Positions 51,359-64,000 of a stretch of 64,000 nucleotides of DNA are shown here, piece after piece (within the stretch, counting starts at the first letter, position 1; every line of letters starts with the position of its first letter). Source of the DNA: Chrysomallon squamiferum (taxonomy: Eukaryota > Animalia > Mollusca); the NCBI GenBank assembly GCA_012295275.1, contig CM022673.1, positions 26,102,001 to 26,166,000 on the forward strand. The letters run 5' to 3'. Made by a program: the position numbers and the translations under genes. The notes under the pieces were generated by a model. It saw nothing but the letters and a program-made list of their open reading frames with translations, was not told the DNA's origin and did no database searches.

Positions 51359-52992
51359 AGCTACTATTATCGTTATTATTATTACTGTATTTGACGCCTA
51401 ATTTGCTCGGTATGAAAATTAAACACTGTACCATTGCGTGCCACTATGACACTAGATATACAGTCAGGTACACTGGTTCCGGCAGCAAGCAAAGTCAGTC
51501 CCATTACAGTGTCAGGAATTTCGAGGGCGTCGCCTGTAACATAGCAACAGAGTAATTAACTTTCAGCGTGATTTCTTAAACACACATTTTCGATTATGAA
51601 CTCTATGTTATTGAACTCTTTCACTTTTTTGTTATTTATTGTTACTATTATTTATTTTTTTTTTTTTTTTTTTTTGATGGAGGTTTTTTTTTTTTCTTTT
51701 TTTTCTTTAAAGAAAGAATAATGTGTTATAAATCTGAACAAACAACTGAAAAGCATCCAATTTCTGCGAACTAATCATTTTTTTTTATGGAGTAATTTCT
51801 TAATTCAAAATATCGACTGAATTCTGAACAAAAGGTCTTTATTTTTTCTTCATAAAAATAGCTAGCACTGACAGGCGTTAGGTTAGCGACCCTTGATCTA
51901 TATAATTAATATGACACACTGACAATTTATTATCGTCTCAACTTTACGTATATCAAATATATAGGCAAGCTACAGAAATAAAAGAAGGCCTACTCAAGCC
52001 TTTCCTTATGAGATTCAGTAAAAAACTGAATAACGCAATATTGTCTAGTTTAAAAAAAACGTGCCTGCGATGGTTACCATCCAAACCAGAAGATACGAAA
52101 ATACTGCTATCCATACAACAGACATTATAAATGTGACCATGTACAGCTTGCGTAGTTTGTGCAGTCTGCAGTCGGGTACTGTGACGTACAAAAGAGCCTT
52201 TATAGGAACCATAGCAACCCAGAATACTCTCAGAAGAAAACTTTCTGGGATCGTCCACGGAGATTTCACTTCCGGTTCTGAAAGAATGGTCATATTTGTA
52301 TAATTTGTGCATACTTGAATGTATGTGTAGATGTGTGTGTATGTGTGTCTGTCTCTCGGTTTCTGTATGTGTGTGTTTGTGTAGTTGTGTGTGTATGTGT
52401 ATGTATGTATGCATGTATGTATGTGTATGTGTGTGTATATAAATATATAAGTACGGATGGATGGATGGATGGATACATACATGCGTGCGTTCGTGCGTGT
52501 GTATGGTCTATTGAGTATATTATTGTCAAATTAATTTGCAAAGCGTTATCGCTAAGTTCTGCCTGTAATATTATAACTAAAATATGCCACTCGTGGCATA
52601 CCGAGAAGGTCCCTTTAACAGTTACCTTTGTTAGAGTTACCGGTCTTATTTACATTTTCGTATTTCACACTTCCTAATAAAGCCGTTTCCGCCTCAGAGT
52701 CAGTGTAGAGTGAACTTTGTTCAATTTCTGCAGTAAGAGGCTGTTTTTCCTCAGTTGCAAACTTTCCTCTGCATCTCCATTTTGTCATAGTGTCCAGTAT
52801 ACCGTCAGCTACAGTTTCCAAACTTCTGTTGAAGTACATTATTATAATGTAGATGACGTACATTAAAAACATGATGAGTGCCTCGTACCTGAAAATAATG
52901 ATGATGATGATGATGATGATAATAATAATAATACAACAATAATAATAATAATAACAACAACAACAACAATGACAACAACAATAATAATAATG

Positions 52993-53041
<49 letters not shown>

Positions 53042-54301
53042 CAACAACAACAACTACATTTTTGAAAATAGGTAGCGGTAAACTTATTTATTCATATTTG
53101 TTGATTTGGTTTCTGAAAAGAATTTTTTTTTTTTATATGTGTGTGTATGTATGTATGTATGAGTAAGTGTGTTTGTGTGTGTGTGTTTGTGTGTGTGTCA
53201 CTGAACTTATGTGAATAATTATAAAGAAGACAGATATATTTATATATTTTTAGAATACAAAATATTTCAGTATTTAATATATTTGGTTATTTAGTTTCTG
53301 TTATAAGTGAACCGTTACACGGGACTGACCAATACACTTTGTTGTCCTTGATGACCACTGCAAGCATCATAACAGACAGGAGGTAGTAGACTGTATCCCG
53401 GATTATTGGCCACTTAGTTAATTGCATTACCTGAAGAAATATCAGTCCTAAATCACACACACGCACATACAGAATTCATTTGTACATATAGTCATGCAGG
53501 AATGCATACATGAATATAGATATTCATTTGAACATCTTAGGTTATTAATAATAGATGTTTTGGGGTTGTGGTTTTTTTTAATTTTAAATTATGGATACAA
53601 TTATTATTATTATTTAATTACTTTCAAAATACGTTCGAAAATGTTTAGTTACACGTAAGTATTCTGATGTTTTAGTGTGTGTGTGTGTGTGTGTGTGTGG
53701 AAAATTTATATTTTATTTTAAAAACACCGGAACTGTTCAGTTTGTTGACGATGTTACCGTATTTGTCAGTAAGCCGCTTAGCCCAATAATAATGAGTATG
53801 TTGAACACAGCCGAACCAACGATAGTCCCCGTTCCAATATCGCTCTTAGCGAAAAAAACACCTGAAATTGAAACCTAAATCTTGAAATGTTAAAGGCATT
53901 TCTACCAATATATATATATTATGCTTTATTTTTCATTTCTGTTACAAATCATTCTGAAAATACATCAAGGAAGATAACTATAACAAGCAAAAGCATATTT
54001 ATTATTGTCACATTGTCTTATCATTTATAAATATATGTCTACATATGCATGGGTGTTATTAAAAGCTGATTTCAGCGTAAGGAGAGTCTGAAATAGAGCG
54101 AGAGACATTTCACAAACTTCATGCGACTGAAATTTTAATGACGCTATTTTATTTTACCAACCAATGACAGAAGTGAACAGTTCTGGAGCGGAACTGCCAG
54201 CTGCCATGAATGTTGCCCCGGCAACATCTTCCTGTAAACCTAAATCTAGAAAAAATATGTCGTATATTAGTAACAACAACAACAACAACAAGAACAACAT
54301 C

Positions 54302-54356
<55 letters not shown>

Positions 54357-54777
54357 TCAGCAATAATTATTACTGTCATTGTTATTATGGTTGGCGCTGT
54401 TATTACATTTATCACTATCACTATCACTGTAATTGCTACTATCGCCCCAAGCATTATTACTACTACGACGTTTTTTTTTTTCTGTTTATAATAGCAACGA
54501 CGACGTAGCAGTAGCGGTGGCAACAACAGCACCAACTAATGATACTGATTAACAAAGACAAGAGTGAGTCATTTAGTACTGTGATTAAGTAACATCATTA
54601 ATATCCATTAAAATCATTGTATGAAAAAAAAAAAAATCCTATGTAATGATATAGACAGTAATTGAACAGTTTTTACCTGTCACGAGACATAATTATATTA
54701 GCAAGTTTCTCATTTGTGTGCGTGTCACCAAGGACAAATAAAATACACCTACACATAGACAATGGACATCTGGCTTT

Positions 54778-54817
<40 letters not shown>

Positions 54818-54831
54818 TTATTTCATTTTAT

Positions 54832-54869
<38 letters not shown>

Positions 54870-55070
54870 TAATATCTTTATCATCATTGTTATTAGTATT
54901 ATATTAATATTTTTATCTTTATCTTTATCTTTATCATTATTATTATTATTATCATCATCATCATCATCATCATCATTATTATTATATTAATATCTTTATC
55001 ATCATTATTAGTAGTATTATATTAATATCTTTATTATTATTATTATTATTATTATATTAATATCATTATC

Positions 55071-55141
<71 letters not shown>

Positions 55142-57217
55142 TAGTTTGTCAGATGGCCTTTGTAACAACGCAAATTAATTTAAATTAATTATTTTTCTAT
55201 CTTTCTTAGTCCAATACGGATTTATGAAGTATCGACAAATCCTTTGAATTATTTTTCCTTGCTGCTCGATTTTGATTATGTTTCTGTCGTTTCAAAATTG
55301 AACATTATATTGGAATCCAATACTGATTAAGTTCCTCATTAACGTGAACCTGTTGTGATGGTTCGTCTCACATTAATAACATATTATTATATTTTACTCG
55401 CTTCATACTCATTTTGACTCAGATTCTTTTAAACGTGAACTTCGAATAATTAATGGTCATTAACATGAAACTTTTATCACGAAGATATTTTTGAAACGAG
55501 GTTTCGCAATATCTTTCACATACAGCATTAATAATACGATGAAGCGTTATGGATCGAAAGAGAGATAGAAAAAAGTAAAAATATATATATATATATTTAC
55601 GCTTTATTTGAGCGAGTAACTAACTATTAAAATTATATTCTATTATTAACAAAGGTTGTTCGCTATTAAATAACTATTTGTGTCTATCATCATACTCTGT
55701 ACATTATTGTTGCTTTGTTGCTGTCGTTGCTGTTGTTGTTTTGCCTGTTGTGGTTGTTTTTGAAAAACAACATTTTTTTTAGAATGGATACGTAATTAAC
55801 TAGGGTTAAAAAAGAAAATGAAAATGAACTTTAACATCATTACGATCTATCTATCTATCTTACAGATAAAAATGCTGAAAGATGTCGATAGTATGTATAC
55901 CTTCACATATCCTTTCCAGTGACGATACAAAATAGTCATCACATACTACTGCTAGCGCACCAAATAGATAGAGGATCAATATGATATGAATAAAAACGCC
56001 GCCATTTTGAGTTTCTTCCAGCGTCATGAAATTGCCTAGGAAGTTATCAATTGCTCGTGGTGTGCAGGTTTTGTTGCTGTCGCCTGTGTAAATAACACAA
56101 ATATACAGTGTTAGCGTCAGTCTACATGATAGATGAATTAATCAGAGAATATATCAATAATTGTTTGAAAACCGTCAAGAACTGAACCGTCGTTCAAGCT
56201 GTTTAAATATGACAGATATATACTTTTTTCTCTCTTTTTTCCTTCGCAGACTGTCTATTTATCTATTTATCTATGTATGTATGTATGTATGTATGTATGT
56301 ATGTATCTATCTATCTATCCACACACACACACACACACACAGTGGTACCTCGGCTTACGAATGCACTAACTTACGAGTTTTCCGAGTTATGGTTTTGTGC
56401 TTTGAGTTGCGAGCCAAAATCCGAGTTACGAGCGTGCTTCAGCGACGCCGCCGCTAGTTGGCACAGCGAACAACACAACATCCGGCCAGCATCCCACGTC
56501 TCACTCGTTTACTTCACGTGGTTATCTGGCCGTGGGAGCATCTCTGTTGTGTTGCGAAAAACATGAACGATGTGTGCGTGTAGTCGACTTGGCTATCAGT
56601 ACCAGCATAGTACTTTTACGATATGTACCATACTGAAGCAGGAGTCGATAAAGGCTGTAATTCCAGCCAAAGGCGTCAAAGTAATTTGTCTGATCTCCAA
56701 GACAAATACACTTTACAAAACCAATTTATTTTGTTTTTATACAATATTTGTTATTTATAAATACATTTTTCTTATTCAAAAACACGTTATAAAAAAATGG
56801 GGTGGTTTTGGGTTGTGGTGGAACGAATTAATGGTATTTCAATATATATATATATAAACAAATAGATAGATAGACAGACAGCAAAAGAAAAAAAGAGAGC
56901 AAGAGTGAAAACATGTTTTACTTTCGACAAAGGATGTACAAACACAACACTTTTATGATATTTGTCTATACTGGCAATTTATCATTCGTGAAGTTGTAAA
57001 CGATGGTTAATTTGAATTATTTCCTATCTAATGACATGTCGCCGATCAGAAACGACAATGTTAATAATGTGAGATGTATTAGTTCATTAAGCTTGTTGCT
57101 ACATTACTATGACCTTGCCCTTTGTTAAACAAGAGATACACTTCTGTACAGTATCTATTCAAGAGAAGCGAGGAAAAGCATTTAATACCAATAATAATTA
57201 CCAATATATACATATAC

Positions 57218-57264
<47 letters not shown>

Positions 57265-57815
57265 TATAACAACAATAATAATAATTGTAGTAGTAGTAGT
57301 AGTAGTAGAAGTAGTAGAAGTAGTAGTAGTAGTAATAATAATAATAATTATAATAACAATAATAATAATAATAATAAAATAGTAGTAACAATAATTCAGA
57401 ATATGCAAAAATAATATTAATATTCATCAACACGTTCTTTGTGTATGTATGTGAATGTGTGTAAAAATAGAATTTAACAGACGTTAATATTTTGCATTCC
57501 TGTATGTATCAGGGCAATAATCTTCTGTTTTACAAACATTGATACGGAGATGGGTGAGACCGATGGAAACTAATTATGCTGTACAAAACACAGTTCATGA
57601 TTATTAGCAGAAAAAGAAAACTTTACAATACAGCGATTATCATTAATCAATTAATCGATAAACTGCGGGCCTAGATATTTGGAGTCTTTGTTCTTGGTAG
57701 AATTCATCATGTCTTTAATCTAATTTTATGTGTATATGTATACGCACGCATACACACAAACAAGATAATACACACAAACACGTACACACACACAACACAA
57801 AACACAAACACGTAA

Positions 57816-57846
<31 letters not shown>

Positions 57847-59023
57847 CACACATACACACACACATATATACACACACATACATACACACACATACACACA
57901 CATACACCATACACACACACACACACACACACATCTATGTATATATTAATATATATATACTTTTTTATATTGGAACCTACTATTTCTAAACACCTGAAAT
58001 AAACAGTTTCGTTACATTTCATTTATATTAACGGAATAATAGTTGATTCGTAATATTTTGTATTCCACATTGAACACGTATAAAACTTTGATAAATAAAT
58101 AAATAAATATATATATATATATATATACACAGGAATATGAGGCAGCATTGTGAAATCTGATATGAAAAAGAATTTCTAAAAGTTAAGAACCGCGGTTTTT
58201 AAGTTAAGCAAAACTGTAGCGAACATTAGCCCCAGAATAAATGTTTTTTTATAGGCGTGCCTAGGTTCCTGTGTCTAACGTTAATGTCAGCAAAAAGTTT
58301 CATGATATACAATTTAATACAGAACTGGCAACATTAATATCTATTATGGTGACAAACTGAAAATAAAAACAGTAAAATTACTTTACAGACACGACAAAAA
58401 TACCTTAAAATGACATTAGTGAGAAGCAGGGCCAAAGTAATTTCTTTTTTCTTTACGTCTTTTATTAATTGCAGGTATCATGTATTCAAATATAATATAT
58501 TAATTGCATTAGATTTTCAGCAGTACTTTAATACTTTTTGTATTCACATAATTCATAAATATAGTGTATTAATTTATACTAGTACTACTACTATTACTAC
58601 TACTAATAATAACAACAATAATAATTAAATAATAAATAAATAAATTAAATTTACGAAAAAAAAAGTCTATGGTATCCCTGAATAACAGTCAAATATTAAT
58701 GGCGTATATCTGTATGCTGACAATGTATTTTATTACTTATTTAATTAAAGTCCTGTTGTCCAGCACGTGTTTCTTATACTGAAATAAAACTTACTGCTGC
58801 ACCATTGTTTTTAATAATTTGGTGTACAAACGCGTTAATATTGGCACCATTTGGCAGTATAAAGTATACGTTATTACAAATCCATATAAAATCACTAATA
58901 ATGAATGAATGACAAAACAGTAAAATATCCCCAAAGAGTAGAACATGACCTAATTTATTCATATATCTGATATATATGACTGTATCTGATATATATGTGT
59001 GTATGTATGTATGTGTGTGTGTG

Positions 59024-59057
<34 letters not shown>

Positions 59058-59421
59058 TGTATGTGTGTTTATGTATATGTGTGTATCTATCTATGTGTAT
59101 GTATGTATGTGTGTGTATGTATGTATGTATGCATGTATGTATGTATGTATGTATGTGTGTAAATCAAAATCTGAAATGCATTTTAACATTATATTTTATT
59201 ATAAACTGAAATCTTCCTTTGCACTCAGACAGATCTGAAAGCTGAAACTCACCATCGCTGGCATCGACATCTCTTTTGATCCTCCTTTTATGGTTATTTG
59301 TTGCTGTGTAATCGTTCCATGCACGAACAGTGAAAATACTAAACAAAACAACGACAAAGACGAATACAACCCAGCACAGACGTTGTACACGTCTGCGTCT
59401 TGCCCCAGCCATTCTTTTCAT
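50528..59421 (-). CDS. SLC24A: K+-dependent Na+/Ca2+ exchanger (NCKX, SLC24 family), ~509 aa, 9 coding exons
   Basis: Exons on -: 59421-59253, 56083-55901 ([18 protein letters not shown]), 54245-54162 ([20 protein letters not shown], alpha-1), 53861-53758 ([12 protein letters not shown]), 53430-53330, 52888-52641, 52277-52065, 51533-51432 ([14 protein letters not shown], alpha-2), 50853-50528 ([17 protein letters not shown]..). Total 1530 nt, in frame. The Asp in SNVFD associated with K+ dependence is present. Paralogue number not assignable. Confidence 0.93.
56340..56845 (+). mobile_element. 3'-truncated Tigger-like DNA transposon remnant in NCKX intron 1
   Basis: Begins CAGTGGTACCTCGGCTTACG (Tigger-type end). 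Internal peptide [26 protein letters not shown] resembles the Tigger transposase HTH region. No right TIR found. Confidence 0.72.
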
Positions 59422-59677
59422 CACGCCAATAATGTTCAAAGGGTTAATAGTATTTAGAAATAAACTGTAATGTGTTCGTGGTCATATTGTAAAAAGATAT
59501 CCTTCTCGTATACTCCCCCTTTGTTTAAACAGTCATAGGACAAAGTTTGATTAGGAAAACTCACACAGAGATAACAGTGATGGCTAACGTTTTTGGCTTT
59601 TGTGTAAGGTTAAAGAAAATCTGTTTATTTGTCATAATATTTATTTATATTTTTTTTTTTCATATTTTCTTTCTTTT

Positions 59678-59729
<52 letters not shown>

Positions 59730-59944
59730 TTTTTCTTTCTTTCTTTATTTATTTGTTTATTTGTTTATTTGTTAGTTTGTTTGATTGCATGTTTATTTAT
59801 TTATTTATCTGTTTGTTTACGTGTTATTTTTATTTATTTAGTTTAATTTAATTTTATTTTATTTTATTTTTACTTTCATGTACTTACTCGTTATCTCACA
59901 AAGGATTGTTTATACTGAAGGGGAATTAAAAACAAAAAGAAATT

Positions 59945-59979
<35 letters not shown>

Positions 59980-61202
59980 AAGGAAAATAACGATTGGCGT
60001 ATCATGATGCGAGTATATTTCAAGTTACGGTTGATGAAGTTTTACAGACAAGGAAGAAATCTACGTTAAACCGGCTTTGATAATATTCCAAGCAGATGCT
60101 GTTCAGTAAGGTAAATCGTTTGGCTATAGTTCTTTGTTTCTTTCTTGATGTCGTTTTTACATCATTTTGTAATTGTATTATTAAACGTGTTTAAGCATTT
60201 GAGTGCTTGTTTATGCTTGTATTTCTACCCAGACATTTTTATGTGTGTGTGGGGTTTTATTTTTCTCTGTATAGTCTACAGAAGTTTAAGAGTTTCCTTA
60301 TATAAACTGCAAGTGTATGTGTGTACGTATTTGAGTATATCTTAGTATGCTTGCGTGCATATGTGTGTATATTACAAGAAAATTAATTATAGAAGGTCAA
60401 AATTTAACAAGAGAAATTTTAGTCTTAAGATACGTGTTGTAAATTCTATAAAATCTGTAAATAGGTATTTGTGTTGTTTTATTTTCAGTTCTAAGAATTA
60501 TTCAACAAGTAAAATGATAAACAAATAAAAATATGAAAAGCGAGAAATAAAAGAAAGGAAGAAAGCAGACGATATTTTTAAAGTGCGCTCAACTTTTCAT
60601 TTCCGTCTTTATTAATTTTTTGTATTTATTTATTTATTTATTTATTTCATTTACTTACTTGTTATTTTTATTATTTGTATTTGTTTTTTGGGTTGGATTT
60701 TTTTTGTGTTTTTTTAGATTGTATTTACCAGCGCACAAATATGATTTGAGTGCTTTATAATGGGTTTTTTCTGTGATGTTCGGCAGATATTGTCTTGTCA
60801 CTGACCTTAATCTATTGTTTACGGTCATCATATATCCATTACTGGCATTTTCTGATTACATTCTCATATACATTGTTGTCGTATATTCTCTTCTAATACA
60901 CGAAAATGAATTTACAATCTGTTAGGAAAATGTTATGATTGATTTTTAAATTTTTTATTTATTTTTTATTTTATTTTATTTTATTTTTTATTTTTTGTCT
61001 CGTGCTGAACGTGCTATACTGAGAGCTCGATATTTAGATAATGTATATCATTACAAAATTCTGCTACTCTAGCTCTTTGTCGATATTTGCCTCGATATCA
61101 AAGCACGGAGTTTGATCGATTGCTTCAACAAAAATTACTTCTGCAAGAAAATTCAGTTATCAATCCGCTTCTCACTGCTTATCAATTTAATGGCAACAGC
61201 GG

Positions 61203-61233
<31 letters not shown>

Positions 61234-61639
61234 AAAGAAAGCAAAAAATAAAACATGTCGATTTATTGCAGTGTTATCTTTTTTTTCTTCAGAATCAGCT
61301 CAATGTAACACAGCTGTGTTAATTAATACTTAGATGATACCATATTTGGAGTACCGTGATCTAGCAATGAAGAAACTAATTTGAAATAAGCCCATACTGA
61401 ATAGAAAGATTCAGTGATAAAATCTCTGTAAGGTTCGTCTCGGGTGTTAAGTTTTTTCTTATTTTCTTATTATTGATAAACAACAACAACAACAAAACAA
61501 AACATAAATTACAAACCAAAAAAAAAAAAAGTGTTTATTTTATATTGTTTCCATAAATAATTTACATGCATGTATTTTATTTTATTTACAGAATTGAAAA
61601 CAAAACCACGCATTAAATAAGCTGACAAACAATACAAAA

Positions 61640-61674
<35 letters not shown>

Positions 61675-62659
61675 ATACTGCAAATACATTTTTAAACTAC
61701 ACGAACAAGTGAAATAAATTTTTTTTTATTAAATAAATGCTCTCAGCAGAAAATAAAATGACGAAATTAAATTTTATTTTATCAAAATTATAAATAAATT
61801 GCGAAAATAAAAGTTTAAATTATGAATACCTTAAAACCTATTTTATTAGTATAAATATTTTCGATATATCGAGCCAAAGTTATTTTCTTCTTTCAAGCAA
61901 AAGACGATTGGTGAGCCTCGATTTCTTACTGGGCGAAAAGCCATTTTGTTTTTGTCTTATTATTCATCAAAACGCTCCTTAGTTCTTACCTCGTTTTCTC
62001 ATTAAAAAGTTTTATGCTGGTAAACAAGCGGCTAAAGGGATTCAGTGAGACAACCCTCCCGTAAAAACTGCTGGATCTGCCCTTAGAATACCACGAAGGA
62101 AAAATCACTCGATAAATGGTAATATTCATGATAAAAGATTATTATTATTTAATACATTTTTGAATAAATTTTAATGTTGTTATTATTATTTTATTATTAT
62201 TATTATTATTATTATTTTATTTTATTTATTTATTTATTTATTTATTTATTATTATTTTTTTATGAAATCACTTAACTGATTACATACTAATATTCCGTAT
62301 TAGATGTTTATTTTAGAAAATAAAATCGAGCGGGTTTTTTTGTTTGTATTTGTACATTTACGTTAGAAACGACATCAGTTCTGAGAGGAACAATGATATC
62401 AAACACAAAACGCGAGTCCGCGGCATATTGATTAATGATAATCGCTCTATTGTCAGTAGTTTTTCTGCTCACAGATAATAATCATACTCTGTGTTTTGTA
62501 CAAGATAATTAGTTTCTGTCTGTGTCTTCCGTCTTAATAATAATACTTGTATGACAGTACCAAAACAAAAATTATACAGATAACCTTTCGCTAAAATGTT
62601 GTTGTTTTTTTGCGTATGTCTGTTATTTCTATAAAATTATTCTGGTTTGAGTTGGATAA

Positions 62660-62860
62660 CTAATCTCGAGGTATGGCTGGTCGTAGGATCTATTCTTTGC
62701 CATGCTCCTAACAAGCTATTTCCCTGTCTTGCCATCGATCTAAATACAACGTATTTAGGATGGCGATATTAAAGATCTTGCTTCTACCCCAAGGAATAAA
62801 ATTGTTTGGAATGAGTTTCTTTGTGGGCTTAATACAAATAAAACAAAACCACCTCCTTGT
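62660..62860 (+). mobile_element. possible decayed tRNA-derived SINE fragment
   Basis: GGTCGTAGGATC..GCTATTTC..TAAAGATC..TTGCT..AAATAAAAC in the order recalled for a gastropod SINE. Highly diverged; not verified by search. Confidence 0.3.
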
Positions 62861-63362
62861 TATAAAGATATCAATACCAGCAGATACAAAGCACTGAAGA
62901 ATTAATAAAAGATAATCTGACGAAAAAACCCCAACAAATTTCTTATCATTTATATATTCTTCTGTTCTTCACATAAATAAACAAAACAAATAAATAAAAA
63001 ATGTAAAAATATAAAGTAAGAAAGAAGAAAACAAAAAGAAGAGAAAAATGTGGATGACGAAAATAGAGAATTTTTTAACGCTAGAAGGAACATATATATA
63101 TATAGTGTGTGTGTGTGTGTGTATTTTTTTTCACTAGAAATACAGATTAAACCAGACGTCGCCAGAAATGAGATCGATTTGTAAAGATAGCAGATGTTCT
63201 ATAATTAGAAAATATTACAGCATTGACAGAATGTGTTGTGCTGTTTTTGTTTTCATTATTAGCATATATATTTATCTCATGCTTCACTGATTATGATATT
63301 TCTCTTTGTAAATTATCTGATATTTCATATTTAATGCACGCCAGTCATAAACCCATATTGTG

Positions 63363-63482
<120 letters not shown>

Positions 63483-64000
63483 TGATATTTCAGTAATCCA
63501 TTTATTATTATTTTTCATTTCAGCATGAAATTATTTTGAACTGATTATTAGTAATTTAATTTTACGAAACCGTTTGTTGAAATGATTGTGTATATAAATT
63601 CTTAATGATTTATATTTATCATATCGCACTCAGAAAGTCGAAAACTACTGCCACAATATATGTATGTATTGCTAAAATGATTACGTGCTGATTACGAAAT
63701 CAATAATAAGCGCCTCTATCATATTTTATTTGTAAGAAATAGAACATAAAGATTTCAGTTTGACTTTCTTTCCACCTACTGAGAACTGACGTCAGTGAAG
63801 GTCACTGACACATCTTGGGACACCTGATCCTGGTAAAAAAAAAAGTTCCTCTTCAAATACTGACGTATTTTATATTATTGCCTGAAATATGCCCTTGTTT
63901 AACACCATACCGAATTTTACTGTTTCATTTATAACATTTTTATGATTCTCTCTGAATGTTGTAGCGCATTCAAAATATACACACACATCTATTTATCTAT

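Noticed and set aside
63780-63840. CRE palindrome TGACGTCA near the window end (also at 42841)
   Set aside because: The same 8-mer also occurs inside coding exons, and no linked transcription start can be shown.

Overview
AT-rich, microsatellite-dense animal genomic DNA, probably mollusc (inferred from gene content and a SINE-like fragment, not proven). Almost all ORF-track entries are simple-repeat artefacts. I assembled five intron-containing genes by hand from splice sites and exon phases: (1) the 3' part of a + strand Cys-rich, duplicated-domain, probably GPI-anchored protein (28-5034); (2) an RFX6-type transcription factor on - (6191-25394), whose DNA-binding 'TRRLGTRG' exon is absent from this sequence; (3) an OSBPL10/11-type lipid-transfer protein on - (30227-40747), whose first two exons encode an unexpected RIM/Piccolo/Slp-like '[23 protein letters not shown]' helix; (4) a secreted Gly/Met/Gln-rich low-complexity protein on + (45842-47102) resembling shell or extracellular matrix proteins; (5) an NCKX/SLC24 K+-dependent Na+/Ca2+ exchanger on - (50528-59421) with a GC-AG intron. 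There are four Tc1/mariner or Tigger-derived non-autonomous elements. Several tandem repeats are built from, or sit directly on, splice junctions. No database searches were run; family assignments rest on recalled motifs.
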